A stretch of DNA of 27,743 bases from positions 1 through 27,743 of IMG/VR virus record IMGVR_UViG_3300028283_000176. The stretch is one strand, 5' to 3'. The position numbers and the translations under genes were made by a program. Below, in pieces: positions 7,343-16,987 of this stretch (positions within the stretch are counted from its first letter, which is position 1; each line of letters opens with the position of its first letter). Source of the DNA: a virus (Duplodnaviria > Caudoviricetes). Under the pieces are notes generated by a model. The model was given only the letters and a program-made list of their open reading frames with translations. It made no database searches and was not told where the DNA came from.

Positions 7343-8296
7343 CTACTTGGAAATCAGCTTGAGAATTGCACGCGAGCCAATCTCTCTATTCTCGATCCAG
7401 AACTTCGAAGTACCTGCTTCTTTCGATGCCGCAATCAATTCAAGATCTTCAGCATTAAAACTCTTCAGGAACTCTGCGCGTATCGTCTCAGCCCATATCT
7501 TTTGCTTGGCAGTGCCAGTCAATGCTTTCAGACCGACGGCCTTTGAGACTTTCTTAGAAACGGCTGCAGCTTCTGCGTTCTTAACTGCGCGTGACTTGTC
7601 TCGTGCTTCGTAACAACGATTCTTAACTTCGGCTTCGATTGAGATAAGATACGAAAGGTCTTTCTCAAGACGTGCGACAAACCGAGCGTCTTTTGCTCTC
7701 TCAAGCAGCTTTACTGCTAATTTCGTATAGTAAACTTCCGACTTAAAGCATTCTTGAAGCTCGCACACGGGAAAGTAGTCCACTCGATATTCTAAGTCGA
7801 TAAACGAGCTCAGCAGACGTCGCATTCTCAAAAGCCCTTCAGTGTTGTCTGTCGTGACAACCTCGACTTTCTTTTCTTCGAGATCGCATGCTTTCTCTGA
7901 CTCTTCTAATATGTCGACCACCGTTTCTTCTATCATTTCAATGTACTCTTCGGGTGAGTGAGTGTTCCAAAACGTCTCTGCTTCTAGTTCGATTGCCTCG
8001 ACCTTCTTTTGTTGCAAATACAACAAGCAGTTTGGGCAAGCTACAGAGAAGGTTTCTGTGTACTTGTCGAAAAACTTGTTCTTGCGAAGACCTTTGAGCG
8101 ATGCAACTGAACTACTGTTTGAGTGACCGCAGGTATGGACGGCTGGAAGTGAACGAACTTTCTTTACTGAAGAGAAGCTAGACAGGTTATTTGAAAACAC
8201 AACCCTCTGGTCATTGTTTTCAATAACGATCGACACCGTAGAACTATCAACAGCTACTTTCTTCGGTGTGCGGGTTTTCTTTGTTTGAGTTTCCAT
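7343..8296 (-). CDS. Conserved phage-type hypothetical protein with HxCGH...CxxC and LxGTxKQxxWAxxIR...FWIENR motifs
   Basis: GGAG RBS at 8304-8307, ATG 8296. Motifs HTCGH, CPNC, LTGTAKQKIWAETIR and SKFWIENR match a pattern I recognise from uncharacterised phage/MGE proteins. Confidence 0.75.
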   Translation of the reverse strand: METQTKKTRTPKKVAVDSSTVSIVIENNDQRVVFSNNLSSFSSVKKVRSLPAVHTCGHSNSSSVASLKGLRKNKFFDKYTETFSVACPNCLLYLQQKKVEAIELEAETFWNTHSPEEYIEMIEETVVDILEESEKACDLEEKKVEVVTTDNTEGLLRMRRLLSSFIDLEYRVDYFPVCELQECFKSEVYYTKLAVKLLERAKDARFVARLEKDLSYLISIEAEVKNRCYEARDKSRAVKNAEAAAVSKKVSKAVGLKALTGTAKQKIWAETIRAEFLKSFNAEDLELIAASKEAGTSKFWIENREIGSRAILKLISK

Positions 8297-8313
8297 GTCC
8301 GTTCTCCATGCTT

Positions 8314-8396
8314 TCAAGTGCGTTCACTTGATAGAGAACAGTCTACAGTTTATTTTGTTTTGTTGTATACCTATAAAGAGATATATTAGAGATATA
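8314..8396 (-). promoter_or_regulatory. Putative sigma70-like promoter with upstream direct repeats and downstream inverted repeat
   Basis: Minus strand TATACA(8369-8364)-18 nt-TAGACT(8345-8340); AGAGATATA repeated at 8377-8385 and 8388-8396 (11-bp period); perfect IR TCAAGTG-cgtt-CACTTGA at 8314-8331. Confidence 0.45.
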
Positions 8397-8406
8397 ACAG
8401 GTTAAT

Positions 8407-8778
8407 TTAGAACCAAACTTCACCATCTTTTGAGCTTTGCAGCGTGTGAGAAAAAGAAGGTGTGACGTTCACAGTAACGCTTTCAACTGGATTAGATAGA
8501 GCAATTCCGATCCACCTTGGGTAAACGCTGCGATCAGAGAATCCGCCGACCCTGTCGCCTTCTAACTCACCGTTTAACCCAACAAACTCCACTACTGGTA
8601 TTGTTTCGCCTGTGCCCTCTTCAAACTTTACCCGCCAGTGGTGGTACTTCTCTGTTGCCGCGGTTCCGTTCTCTAGTACGTAGTTATCTCTCTCGATTAA
8701 CGTAGAAATCCAGCTGCGTATCGATGTAAGAGGTACTGCGCTAATGTCTTCTGGCAGATCAATCGTTGGTATTGTCAT
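8407..8778 (-). CDS. Last gene of virion operon; hypothetical, possibly a degenerate discoidin/F5-8-like domain
   Basis: 2 nt from the upstream gene. HWRV...VVEFVG...W.G...PV..V...LQSSKDGEVW resembles discoidin-like tail domains. Confidence 0.5.
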   Translation of the reverse strand: MTIPTIDLPEDISAVPLTSIRSWISTLIERDNYVLENGTAATEKYHHWRVKFEEGTGETIPVVEFVGLNGELEGDRVGGFSDRSVYPRWIGIALSNPVESVTVNVTPSFSHTLQSSKDGEVWF

Positions 8779-8780
8779 AG

Positions 8781-9005
8781 CTAGATACTCAAAGTGGTTA
8801 CTGAACCAGCAGGTGCTAACCCAGTGATTTTTCCGTTCTGCACATAAACCCTCGATCCTTGGGCGAACCCGACACCACTAACAGTGGAATACGAGTTGGA
8901 AGGTAATAGCTTCACTAATGAGGTATCCGAATAGACGGTTACTATTTCACAGACATAGATCGGATATTGCTTTACTAGAGATTGAAATGCTTTGTATGCG
9001 TTCAT
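8781..9005 (-). CDS. Small tail-tip protein (OB-fold-like)
   Basis: MNAYKAFQSL...GSRVYVQNGKITGLAP pattern and position after the hub-like gene; ATGA overlap. Confidence 0.6.
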   Translation of the reverse strand: MNAYKAFQSLVKQYPIYVCEIVTVYSDTSLVKLLPSNSYSTVSGVGFAQGSRVYVQNGKITGLAPAGSVTTLSI

Positions 9006-10939
9006 AACATGAATGTCTCTATATTCTGCGTAACACTGAGCATACCACCTCCACTCACGCCCGCTTTAATAGATACGGAAGTGACTAGACCACGGTAAGA
9101 CTCGAAGCCTGTACCTGTGATTTGTAGCATCTGGCCGGGGAGAATTAACCCAACCCCGTCGGGCTCTTGAGCTATATCTAAAACAAATGAACGGTGAGAT
9201 AAGCTAACTGATTCCGCAACCTCTTTTGATGCTCTTGCCATAGCGGCGTATGGACTGGTAATAAGATGATCGGAGACCGTGGCGGCTATTTTAGAGCCAT
9301 CCGTGCCATCAATCGTAGCAATGAATACGTCGCCAGACTTCTCGTTGGTTACTACTATCGAGTTGCAATCGTTTCCGTTTACTGCCTGTGAACCAACGCT
9401 AGTAATATAAGCCGCTGGCACGCCAAATAAAATCTCTGCATTATCCCAAAGCCACGGGCTAATAGTCCATTTCGGAATCACGTGCAAAATCTTCTCGATC
9501 CGATCCGATTGAACCACTGCACCGCACGCGCTCGCAATTTGCATGATGATACTAATCGCTGTTTTATTCTGACAACTGAACGTGCCCGCGGGAATTATCC
9601 AGTCTACGCACTTCCAATCTAATGACCAGCCTTGGGGCAATAAGTCTAAACAGATATTTTGTGCGTTCTTTTCGCCTTCCTCTGTAAACGTAACTGGCTC
9701 AGACCACGGTTCGTGCATAATAGAACTAATTGATCTACCAGACATTAAAGCTTTATCAGAACGGAAACTACGAGACGGGCTTACACTATCCAATTTAGCT
9801 AAGAATTGGAACCCGTTAATCGTGGCCTTTACCTCGGAACCTCTTGAAATAGCAGGTAAAAGTATCTGGCTTTCTGCACTGAGTGTCCAGCACCAAGAGT
9901 CTAAATTAGATGATAGGCTAATAGAAGAAACGGGTATATCTGAATTATTTGATACTAAAACTAGCGATCCACTATTCATAACATAGTACGCATTCGTTAT
10001 AGGGAGAATGAATTGGCATCTGCGCTTAAACTCCAATTTTTTCGGATGATAACAGAAGTTTAGCACACCGCGGTTTGGATAGACGGGAATTGGTATTATT
10101 TGAGCACCATGGCCTGACCTTGGCCATTTACTCGGAATCCAAGGAATCCTCCAATACCTACGGATACTTTTAGAACTACCCCAACGATTTCCTTTTGATT
10201 CCTTGACCGTCTTGCTTAATCCGTAACGATTCCTGAAACTCCAGAACCTCTCAACTAGTATATCAACGCTTGACCTTGTGAGATTCGACTTCGTGGCAGA
10301 CAATGACCAAGGAATCAATTTTGGCTTGTCTAGCACCTTCTGTAGCGTCGTTTTTCCGTTAGTCTTGGTTAGATGTTCCTTTCCGCTTTCCCACGTTATA
10401 CGACCGCCTGATGGCCTTATATCACACGTTAGCCAGTCTGCCCTAGCTTCGTGCAAAAACTCCTTAGCTTCTCCGCTTTCTACTCGTGTACTACTGTCTT
10501 TGTGCTTACTGATTCCCCACGCTAATCGTTCAGTAGATAACACCTTGCTAGAAACGGACGTTTTGGAAATAACTGATGTTGCAGCACCTCTCGGCACTGA
10601 GTTTACGTATTCGTAAACAAACTGAGCATATGGAAGATCACTAATACCAGAAAAACCCATTGCTATAGCAGATACTAAGTGTACCGATCCTGATATACCG
10701 CTGAACGAACCAGAAGCCTCTAGGACGCGCGCTGACGCAAAATCAAGGTTGCGAGTAGGACTGCTCCAGTTTCCCGAAATGGCGAACCTAGGAACCAATC
10801 CGAATGCTATTTGTACAGCAGGTTTGCTAAACTGGCCGTCTATTCCCAACGCCCGTTGCGGGGGAGTCGGAGCGTTGGCTCCAAAGTCTAAGAAACCAGT
10901 ATGTACTGGCGTTCTTAGGTCTAACGACCATCTTTGCAC
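9002..10939 (-). CDS. Tail tip / baseplate hub-like protein
   Basis: C-terminal half has DSWCWTLSA, WSLDW..VDWIIP, IASACGAVVQSD, GLILPGQML motifs typical of tail hub proteins; central 14-aa RxxW repeats. Confidence 0.7.
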   Translation of the reverse strand: MQRWSLDLRTPVHTGFLDFGANAPTPPQRALGIDGQFSKPAVQIAFGLVPRFAISGNWSSPTRNLDFASARVLEASGSFSGISGSVHLVSAIAMGFSGISDLPYAQFVYEYVNSVPRGAATSVISKTSVSSKVLSTERLAWGISKHKDSSTRVESGEAKEFLHEARADWLTCDIRPSGGRITWESGKEHLTKTNGKTTLQKVLDKPKLIPWSLSATKSNLTRSSVDILVERFWSFRNRYGLSKTVKESKGNRWGSSKSIRRYWRIPWIPSKWPRSGHGAQIIPIPVYPNRGVLNFCYHPKKLEFKRRCQFILPITNAYYVMNSGSLVLVSNNSDIPVSSISLSSNLDSWCWTLSAESQILLPAISRGSEVKATINGFQFLAKLDSVSPSRSFRSDKALMSGRSISSIMHEPWSEPVTFTEEGEKNAQNICLDLLPQGWSLDWKCVDWIIPAGTFSCQNKTAISIIMQIASACGAVVQSDRIEKILHVIPKWTISPWLWDNAEILFGVPAAYITSVGSQAVNGNDCNSIVVTNEKSGDVFIATIDGTDGSKIAATVSDHLITSPYAAMARASKEVAESVSLSHRSFVLDIAQEPDGVGLILPGQMLQITGTGFESYRGLVTSVSIKAGVSGGGMLSVTQNIETFML

Positions 10940-10941
10940 AG

Positions 10942-11346
10942 CTATTGCTCAGTAAGAGATAACGTAAGAGCAGCTATGTAGCCACCTTGGTAAATCGGTA
11001 CTTGGTCGACGGTAAAGACTGCTCCGCCTCCAGCCACTCCTGCATTTGCGTCTACTAGCCACGCGCCAGTTGAATCTGCAATGCGTCCCCACGTGGGTGT
11101 GCCAGTGGCTGTTATCTGGTTTAGAGCGTTAGCCAGTACAAAGGTGAGGGTTGAGCCGTTAACCGTAGCTGGAGTGGATGCTAGTGCGGCAGATAGCAGC
11201 ATGGTCTGGTTAGTCACTGCGCCACCAGCTGATGGTTGCGTGCCATCGTATAGCTTGATAGTAAGCGGTGCAGACCTAGCTTGCATTGTTGTTAGTCGGG
11301 ATTGCGCAGCAGCTGCTTTCATGTCATTAGAAATATAGAGAGCCAT
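10942..11346 (-). CDS. Virion/tail structural protein
   Basis: IKLYDGTQP...ATGTPTWGRI.DS.G pattern recurrent in tail-tip modules; TAATG coupling. Confidence 0.65.
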   Translation of the reverse strand: MALYISNDMKAAAAQSRLTTMQARSAPLTIKLYDGTQPSAGGAVTNQTMLLSAALASTPATVNGSTLTFVLANALNQITATGTPTWGRIADSTGAWLVDANAGVAGGGAVFTVDQVPIYQGGYIAALTLSLTEQ

Positions 11347-11642
11347 TATGGCCTACTCCCATCAAAAGTTGCGTACCGATCACCGATAGCCGCCACGTCA
11401 TAATTGTTGTTGTAATCCATGGCTACTAATAAGAACGGAATGGTCATATCTAAGTTTGAGAAAGTAACTGATCCTGATAGATCACTCCAAGCAGTCTTAA
11501 CCACAGCTCCCGTAAATTGTACGTGTAACCGAACCTTCCTTTTCACTGGTACACCTAATTGAGTAACCGATTCTGTGATCTTGCCGCTTCCCGTGTACAG
11601 CGTGTTCCCTGCATATATTTTGCTGATTAGTTTCCCAGCCAT
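11346..11642 (-). CDS. Small tail-fibre-associated beta-sandwich protein
   Basis: RKVRLH...TGAVVKTAWSD.SG...FSNL prealbumin/carboxypeptidase-regulatory-like pattern; lies within the operon. Confidence 0.55.
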   Translation of the reverse strand: MAGKLISKIYAGNTLYTGSGKITESVTQLGVPVKRKVRLHVQFTGAVVKTAWSDLSGSVTFSNLDMTIPFLLVAMDYNNNYDVAAIGDRYATFDGSRP

Positions 11643-11648
11643 ACTTAT

Positions 11649-12806
11649 TTACCTCCATGGGCCGACAAGATCAAAAGCCGCCGTACTTGCGATGGGCTGG
11701 TCGTTATAGCCGGCACCTCCGATAATACTCACTAAAATACTTCCAGACATACCTGCCACATCATTTATTATTGTTTTATTTGCAATACTTCCGTTCACAT
11801 TTTGCATCATACAAAACAACCCCGGGAATGTGCCTCTAAATATGTTTCCTCCTTGCATAACCAATACTGGGGAAACAAAAACCATAGAGCCAGACTCAGA
11901 TGGGTATGCAAAACCGTTGTTATAACCCATGTTTGTAGGAGGCCAGTATCGAGAGCTAGCAACGCTTGTCCCTGCCCCAGTGTACGAACGCTCTATAAAC
12001 TGACCACCTGACGCATTTTGTTTTGAAAACAACGAAGCACCCTGCGTAGTGGGAAGCTGTGCATATGAAACATCACCAAAAATCATGCACTTATAAACAT
12101 CATTGCTGCTGTGCGGTGCAAAATCTCCAAAAAAATAACCGCCGTACCACCACGAGCTGTACCAAGAAGTAGCTACCATGATATGTATTGCAAAAGAGTC
12201 GGCGACTATAAACCAGTTAACAGCGTAGTCTCTGCCGTAATGCTTAGTGAAATATAAACCACCCGCCTGTTGCGCTTCAGTCGGAAACTTAGCAGACCAA
12301 GTGTTGATATTTGTCATAGTTTCACAGCCGATCACTCTTGCCACATAAGCATTCGTATCATCTACGCGCAACAAACATCCACTGCCCACTACATCACTAG
12401 CTTTATAGGCTTTTAGGTTTGTACCTGAATATGGAGCGGTCCAACCCAACGGAGAGACTTTCGTAGTGATAGTACCCGTGGCCGATCCATTCGATACTCC
12501 TACCGCAAGAAACGTGAATTGAGAGGCAGATACCACGCTTGCTACTGTCTGTTCTCCGTTTAGCACAGCCCACGCACCAGAACATCCAGCTACTGTAATG
12601 ACACGCCCGTCACCAGCTAAATAACCATGGCCTGCACCTACCGTACAAGTTGCCACGTTATTGCTTACCACAATGCTATCTAACGTCTTGAGGTTATAGC
12701 CATTAAGCAACACGGCATCTAATAGCGCAATTAGAGAGCCTGTAGTGCCAGTAAGTGATGGCGCGCCTGTTTGTGCGTTGTCGTAGTATTTTACGTAGGT
12801 AGTCAT
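11649..12806 (-). CDS. Tail fibre / receptor-binding-like protein
   Basis: N-terminal GAPSLTGTTGSLIALLDAVLLNGY and PLGWTAPYSGTN..AY motifs; aromatic-rich beta C-terminus ending DLVGPWR. Confidence 0.65.
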   Translation of the reverse strand: MTTYVKYYDNAQTGAPSLTGTTGSLIALLDAVLLNGYNLKTLDSIVVSNNVATCTVGAGHGYLAGDGRVITVAGCSGAWAVLNGEQTVASVVSASQFTFLAVGVSNGSATGTITTKVSPLGWTAPYSGTNLKAYKASDVVGSGCLLRVDDTNAYVARVIGCETMTNINTWSAKFPTEAQQAGGLYFTKHYGRDYAVNWFIVADSFAIHIMVATSWYSSWWYGGYFFGDFAPHSSNDVYKCMIFGDVSYAQLPTTQGASLFSKQNASGGQFIERSYTGAGTSVASSRYWPPTNMGYNNGFAYPSESGSMVFVSPVLVMQGGNIFRGTFPGLFCMMQNVNGSIANKTIINDVAGMSGSILVSIIGGAGYNDQPIASTAAFDLVGPWR

Positions 12807-15800
12807 AGGTCGGTATCTCCGATTAACTCAATAGAAACTTTATCTGGCTCGTTAGAACTCGGCCCGCACTGCAAACAACGAAGCAAGGCAATCGGATAAT
12901 CAGAAGAGATCGTATTGAACCTAAGCACGTTATTCGATACCCATCCGACAGACCAACCTTCCCAATGGATTGTGAAATAAGGAGTGGACGTACTAGGGTT
13001 CGTGGGATGAAATATCCCTGTAGTATTCCCAACACCTACCTGTCCAAGTGTTTCGCCAATAAGGTTGTAGGTAGTAGGGCTAGTAAAGACGATCGCCCAA
13101 CGTTCCTGTACTGTTCCGTTATTCGATACCACAATCGGGTATAAGGTGCTGTTGTATTGACCAGAGATCACGGAGCCGCTACGAGTATCTGACCAATTTG
13201 ATCCCCACGTCTGTTGCGCAAAAGGTACCGTGCAATGCGATCCCATATCTCCAAGCATCATGGAAGAGGACACCTTGGATTCATTGGCTGGAAAATGGTG
13301 TGTTAGTTGTGAAGATATTTTCATTGTCCCGTCAATCGACACGTCAGTCACTAAGAATTCATCAATGATCGTATCTTTGACAATGATTGGTTGTACGTAG
13401 CCAGACAAATTGAGTGAAGAAACAAACGTGATCGTGCCTGCGTCTAAATTAGTTGTGTATTTAGTATCTGGTATTCGTAGACCGTTGGTGTCGTAGACTC
13501 TAATGCGTGCAATGCGAGTGCGACCGAGATCGACTGTTGTATTCCCAGACAGCGGATTGGTCATGGTATGAGAGACCGTGTGATGCAGTGCCGCCGTATC
13601 ACCTAACCTAAAGCAGGGTACTTTCCCGTCTACTGGTAGCTTCACTGGGTCTAAACCTAGTAAAGCGGCTTGTAGTGGTATGCGTGAGTACACTACACAG
13701 TTGAAGCGTTCAGTGGTTGGGAACACAGGAGTAGGCCGCCAGATATATCCGTCTTGCCGAACATTGGCCGCGTTGTACCATGGCTCAAGTTTCTCCGCGT
13801 TCGTTAGGTTTGCGTTGACTACCCACGCACCCCATTTCGTGACAACCTGCCCGAAATCATAGATAATTGATCCTTCCGCGTCTCCTGAGATAAGGCCATT
13901 CATATCTGCCGATGCCGCTAATACGGAGCCATCAATCGCGGTAGCCGATATCTGCAATCCCCCGGGTTTGATCGGTGCTCCCGGCGTTCTAAAGTAAACG
14001 TCAGACGCCCATGGTTGATTTGGGATAGTTACTAGAGAATTAACGGTGAGCACCGTAGAGGATCCCGACCAATAACTCAGTACTACCTCGCCCGTCTCAT
14101 AATCTATAGAGCCAGCCGCGCCGCCAGAATAAGACATCACGCCTTCGTTGTCTTGGTACACAACACTTCCCAGCGTGATCCGTACGCTTCCTGCCGCAAT
14201 AACATCATCGGTAGATGTGGTAATGTCTAGCTTTACTGACTGTATCGCGCCAGTTTCAGTGACGGAGTCAGGCGATCCAGAGGATGCTCTAACTCGCCAA
14301 AATGCTTGTGATGGTGAAAATGGAAGATTAGCCGTTACATATGCGCCAGTAAATGCGTTGTAATAAGTACGAGACTGAGACTTCAAGAGAATAGAAATCT
14401 CACCCGTGGTGTAATTGATAGACCCAGACGTAATTAGATTGCCTAATAGATGTCCTTGGCCATCATCTGATAGCGTATACGAGCTGTATTTGTGGTAGCC
14501 ATAACCTGTTACATACCCGCTAATTACGATATAGGCCGTACCACTTTCCATTGGAAGGCAGTCAACATTCCCTATTGCAAAAGTTTTATTGCCGCCGTTA
14601 TTTCCAAAAGAATAAACGGTTCCAGAGTACACTGACTTCTTATTGTAAGAGACCGAATACCCAGAAGCCGCGGCTGGCAAGGCCACTGGGTGAAGTATTA
14701 TCTTCCCTGAAGAGTAGTCCACCGTCCCTGATCCATCACCACTTAATAGACCGATGATTGCGGTATCCGTAGCCGTCTTTTGTTGTCCGTTAGATGTCCA
14801 CGTAATAGAAACAGTTTGAGGAGATAACCCTTGGTAGCCGCACGTGTGCTTAATGGAAGGTATGACAGTGATAACGCCGCCGCTTCGGTTCGTGTAGGCA
14901 ACCGACGTACCCCATTGGACAATAATGCTAGATTCAACATCTGGCAGCTCTTGTAGTGTGACGGCGCATGATCCCGTGGTGTAGATGATCTGGCCAGACC
15001 CGTTACCCGTAAGAGTTCCTGTGCCAGCCAAGTCTTTTATCTCGTACCATTTGCCATTGGATCGATAACTAACTACGGTAGACGTTTGTGACGGCTTAGG
15101 GATTAAAGAGAAAACGTAGCTACTCTGTCGATTATTCGCTGCAATTTTTAGTTCTTTGGTTTGTGATGCTTGGCTAATAGAGAAGGTCCGAATGCCCGTA
15201 TTCACTAAAATACTAGATGCGCCAGTGGCACTCACGTCCAATACGGGGATTTCGGATTCAGTGGAAGGAACCAAACGAGTGAATATCGAAGAGGCTTTAA
15301 TAGATAGGTCTCCGATCTCGCCATCTTCTACCAAGTCTACGATTCCCTTTACACTCGCAGAGTCCGCAATCGTGGTGCCACGGACAACGGTAGTCGGGAA
15401 TCCTAGCGCGCTTGATCTTGCGGGAGTAGACCCGGGAAAGCTGTGGTAGAGCTTGTCAGATATCCCCAACGTGAACCTAGACTTGTTGTATGTTTTGCCC
15501 TCTGGGTCTGTGAGCGTCAGAGTGTCTTTTTCTACTTTTGTGATCTGGATATACTGCGAGTACGAAACGGCACCGCCGCTATTTTCATAGCTCAATACGA
15601 ACACTTGGCCAATCTCTGGAGTTTTAGTACTAACGTCACTAAATACCATCACCATTCTTTGCCCAAGCACGTGATTATAGTAAAGAGTGTAATCAGATAC
15701 GCCGCCTGCCACTTGATAGCTTTCTACGTATTCTTGCATTTCTAGTCTTGAATCTGTGTAGCTACCAGTAGAGAACATAGCAACGGACACATACGGGTCT

Positions 15801-16042
15801 GATGGTGCCTCTGTGAGTATCACTCTTGCAGCACGCAATCTGTCAACGTTCTCAGAACGCACGCCCGCATAGATTTTTCTAAGCCAAATACGACCGATAA
15901 TTCGATCGCCACTTGCAATTACTGGGAAGATATTATTTGCAACGTTGTCAACGATTTCATTAGAGGTTACTCTTCCTCCGCCGTCGCTATCATCCGTCAT
16001 TCGTTCTGATGCTAGTATTTTTAGATCGCTATCGTAAATCAT
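12803..16042 (-). CDS. Large tail-tip virion structural protein (1079 aa)
   Basis: DLKILASERMTDDSDGGGR...DRIIGRIWLRK N-terminus, five GxIxYxxG repeats, LLGLDPVKLPVDGKVP, GWVSNNVLRFNT; ATGA overlaps at both ends. Confidence 0.75.
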   Translation of the reverse strand: MIYDSDLKILASERMTDDSDGGGRVTSNEIVDNVANNIFPVIASGDRIIGRIWLRKIYAGVRSENVDRLRAARVILTEAPSDPYVSVAMFSTGSYTDSRLEMQEYVESYQVAGGVSDYTLYYNHVLGQRMVMVFSDVSTKTPEIGQVFVLSYENSGGAVSYSQYIQITKVEKDTLTLTDPEGKTYNKSRFTLGISDKLYHSFPGSTPARSSALGFPTTVVRGTTIADSASVKGIVDLVEDGEIGDLSIKASSIFTRLVPSTESEIPVLDVSATGASSILVNTGIRTFSISQASQTKELKIAANNRQSSYVFSLIPKPSQTSTVVSYRSNGKWYEIKDLAGTGTLTGNGSGQIIYTTGSCAVTLQELPDVESSIIVQWGTSVAYTNRSGGVITVIPSIKHTCGYQGLSPQTVSITWTSNGQQKTATDTAIIGLLSGDGSGTVDYSSGKIILHPVALPAAASGYSVSYNKKSVYSGTVYSFGNNGGNKTFAIGNVDCLPMESGTAYIVISGYVTGYGYHKYSSYTLSDDGQGHLLGNLITSGSINYTTGEISILLKSQSRTYYNAFTGAYVTANLPFSPSQAFWRVRASSGSPDSVTETGAIQSVKLDITTSTDDVIAAGSVRITLGSVVYQDNEGVMSYSGGAAGSIDYETGEVVLSYWSGSSTVLTVNSLVTIPNQPWASDVYFRTPGAPIKPGGLQISATAIDGSVLAASADMNGLISGDAEGSIIYDFGQVVTKWGAWVVNANLTNAEKLEPWYNAANVRQDGYIWRPTPVFPTTERFNCVVYSRIPLQAALLGLDPVKLPVDGKVPCFRLGDTAALHHTVSHTMTNPLSGNTTVDLGRTRIARIRVYDTNGLRIPDTKYTTNLDAGTITFVSSLNLSGYVQPIIVKDTIIDEFLVTDVSIDGTMKISSQLTHHFPANESKVSSSMMLGDMGSHCTVPFAQQTWGSNWSDTRSGSVISGQYNSTLYPIVVSNNGTVQERWAIVFTSPTTYNLIGETLGQVGVGNTTGIFHPTNPSTSTPYFTIHWEGWSVGWVSNNVLRFNTISSDYPIALLRCLQCGPSSNEPDKVSIELIGDTDL

Positions 16043-16443
16043 GTGTGTGCACTCGCTTGGCCAGCGGCTATCATTGCCAATAGTCGTTTTAGTAACTCTT
16101 CCTCGGTTATAGGCTTATTCAAGGAATCTATTGGTGTATTGGAACTTCCTGCACCTGATGATTTTTTGGTGCTTGTTGAACTACTAGAGCCAGATGATTT
16201 TGTTCCGCTACCCGATGTTTGAACAGTGGAAGCCGATTGGCCTTTTTGCGATACAGTGGCAGCGGCCATGGTCGCGGCAATGGAGTCAACAGACGCTTTA
16301 GCGGCTGCTATGTCTGCCATCATTTTTACGTGCGCTGTGGATGCTGCCTGCATGTTTTGTGCAAGCAATGAAGAGCCAGACACGAGATTTACAAGTCTGC
16401 TTGAGATTGTATCTGAGATAGAATCGGAGTCGTTACTAGGCAT
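16039..16443 (-). CDS. Ser/Ala-rich hypothetical protein, possibly a detached tape-measure C-terminal piece
   Basis: Ala-rich helix, S/G/T/K linker, terminal amphipathic helix EEELLKRLLAMIAAG; stop overlaps the next ATG. Confidence 0.6.
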   Translation of the reverse strand: MPSNDSDSISDTISSRLVNLVSGSSLLAQNMQAASTAHVKMMADIAAAKASVDSIAATMAAATVSQKGQSASTVQTSGSGTKSSGSSSSTSTKKSSGAGSSNTPIDSLNKPITEEELLKRLLAMIAAGQASAHT

Positions 16444-16448
16444 ACGAG

Positions 16449-16691
16449 CTACTCACTTCCCGCGTCGCTAGATTCATTTCCAGCCTCCGAACCTTCCTTC
16501 GTACTTTCACCACCTTCGCCTCCAGATTCACCATGCTCGCCTCCAGATTCTCCTTGCTCTCCGTGCTCGCCCGCTTTTACCGTCATCATAATTGGTGCCT
16601 TCATTACTGCGTAGGTTGCATGTCCGATTCCAGAGATTAGACCGCTTACCTGATCATTTAGAGACTGAACGGAATCGGTGACTGTGTCCAT
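16449..16691 (-). CDS. Small acidic Gly/Glu/Ser-rich hypothetical protein
   Basis: TAATG coupling; GEHGEQGESGGEHGESGGEGGES repeats; exact 14-bp DNA repeat at 16516-16529 and 16537-16550. Confidence 0.6.
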   Translation of the reverse strand: MDTVTDSVQSLNDQVSGLISGIGHATYAVMKAPIMMTVKAGEHGEQGESGGEHGESGGEGGESTKEGSEAGNESSDAGSE

Positions 16692-16987
16692 TACTTTTGC
16701 TCTTGAAAAACGCTTAGGAGTTCATTACGTATAGATATATGTTTATTAGTCATATCATCATTATACGCCAATACGTATTCGTTCAAAAGCATGGCTATCT
16801 CGGACTTAATAATCCTTCCAGCTTCTAACAAACTACTAGAGTTTACGCATACTCCGAATTTCCCTTTAACCTCATACCGTTCGTTTTTGGCATCATATCT
16901 CACCTCGTAAACAAACGGCCTCTTTGTTTTGAAAACCTTTCCACAAACTTTGATTTCTTTAATTTCAACTTGAGTTACTATTGGCAT
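16691..16987 (-). CDS. AT-rich 98-aa hypothetical protein, HicB-like fold suspected
   Basis: TAATG overlaps at both ends. FGVCVNSSSLLEA...IKSEIAMLLNEY...DDMT....IRNELL resembles HicB-like domains. Hand counts: 20/60 G+C in line 16741 and 16/60 in line 16921. Confidence 0.55.
   Translation of the reverse strand: MPIVTQVEIKEIKVCGKVFKTKRPFVYEVRYDAKNERYEVKGKFGVCVNSSSLLEAGRIIKSEIAMLLNEYVLAYNDDMTNKHISIRNELLSVFQEQK

Noticed and set aside
11649-12806. Diversity-generating retroelement or invertible tail-fibre cassette
   Set aside because: No reverse transcriptase, template repeat, adjacent invertase or duplicated fibre ends seen in the window.
16443-16460. Stop read-through fusing the 80-aa and 134-aa ORFs
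   Set aside because: The frames differ, the downstream frame has a TGA four codons before its ATG, and there is no slippery sequence.
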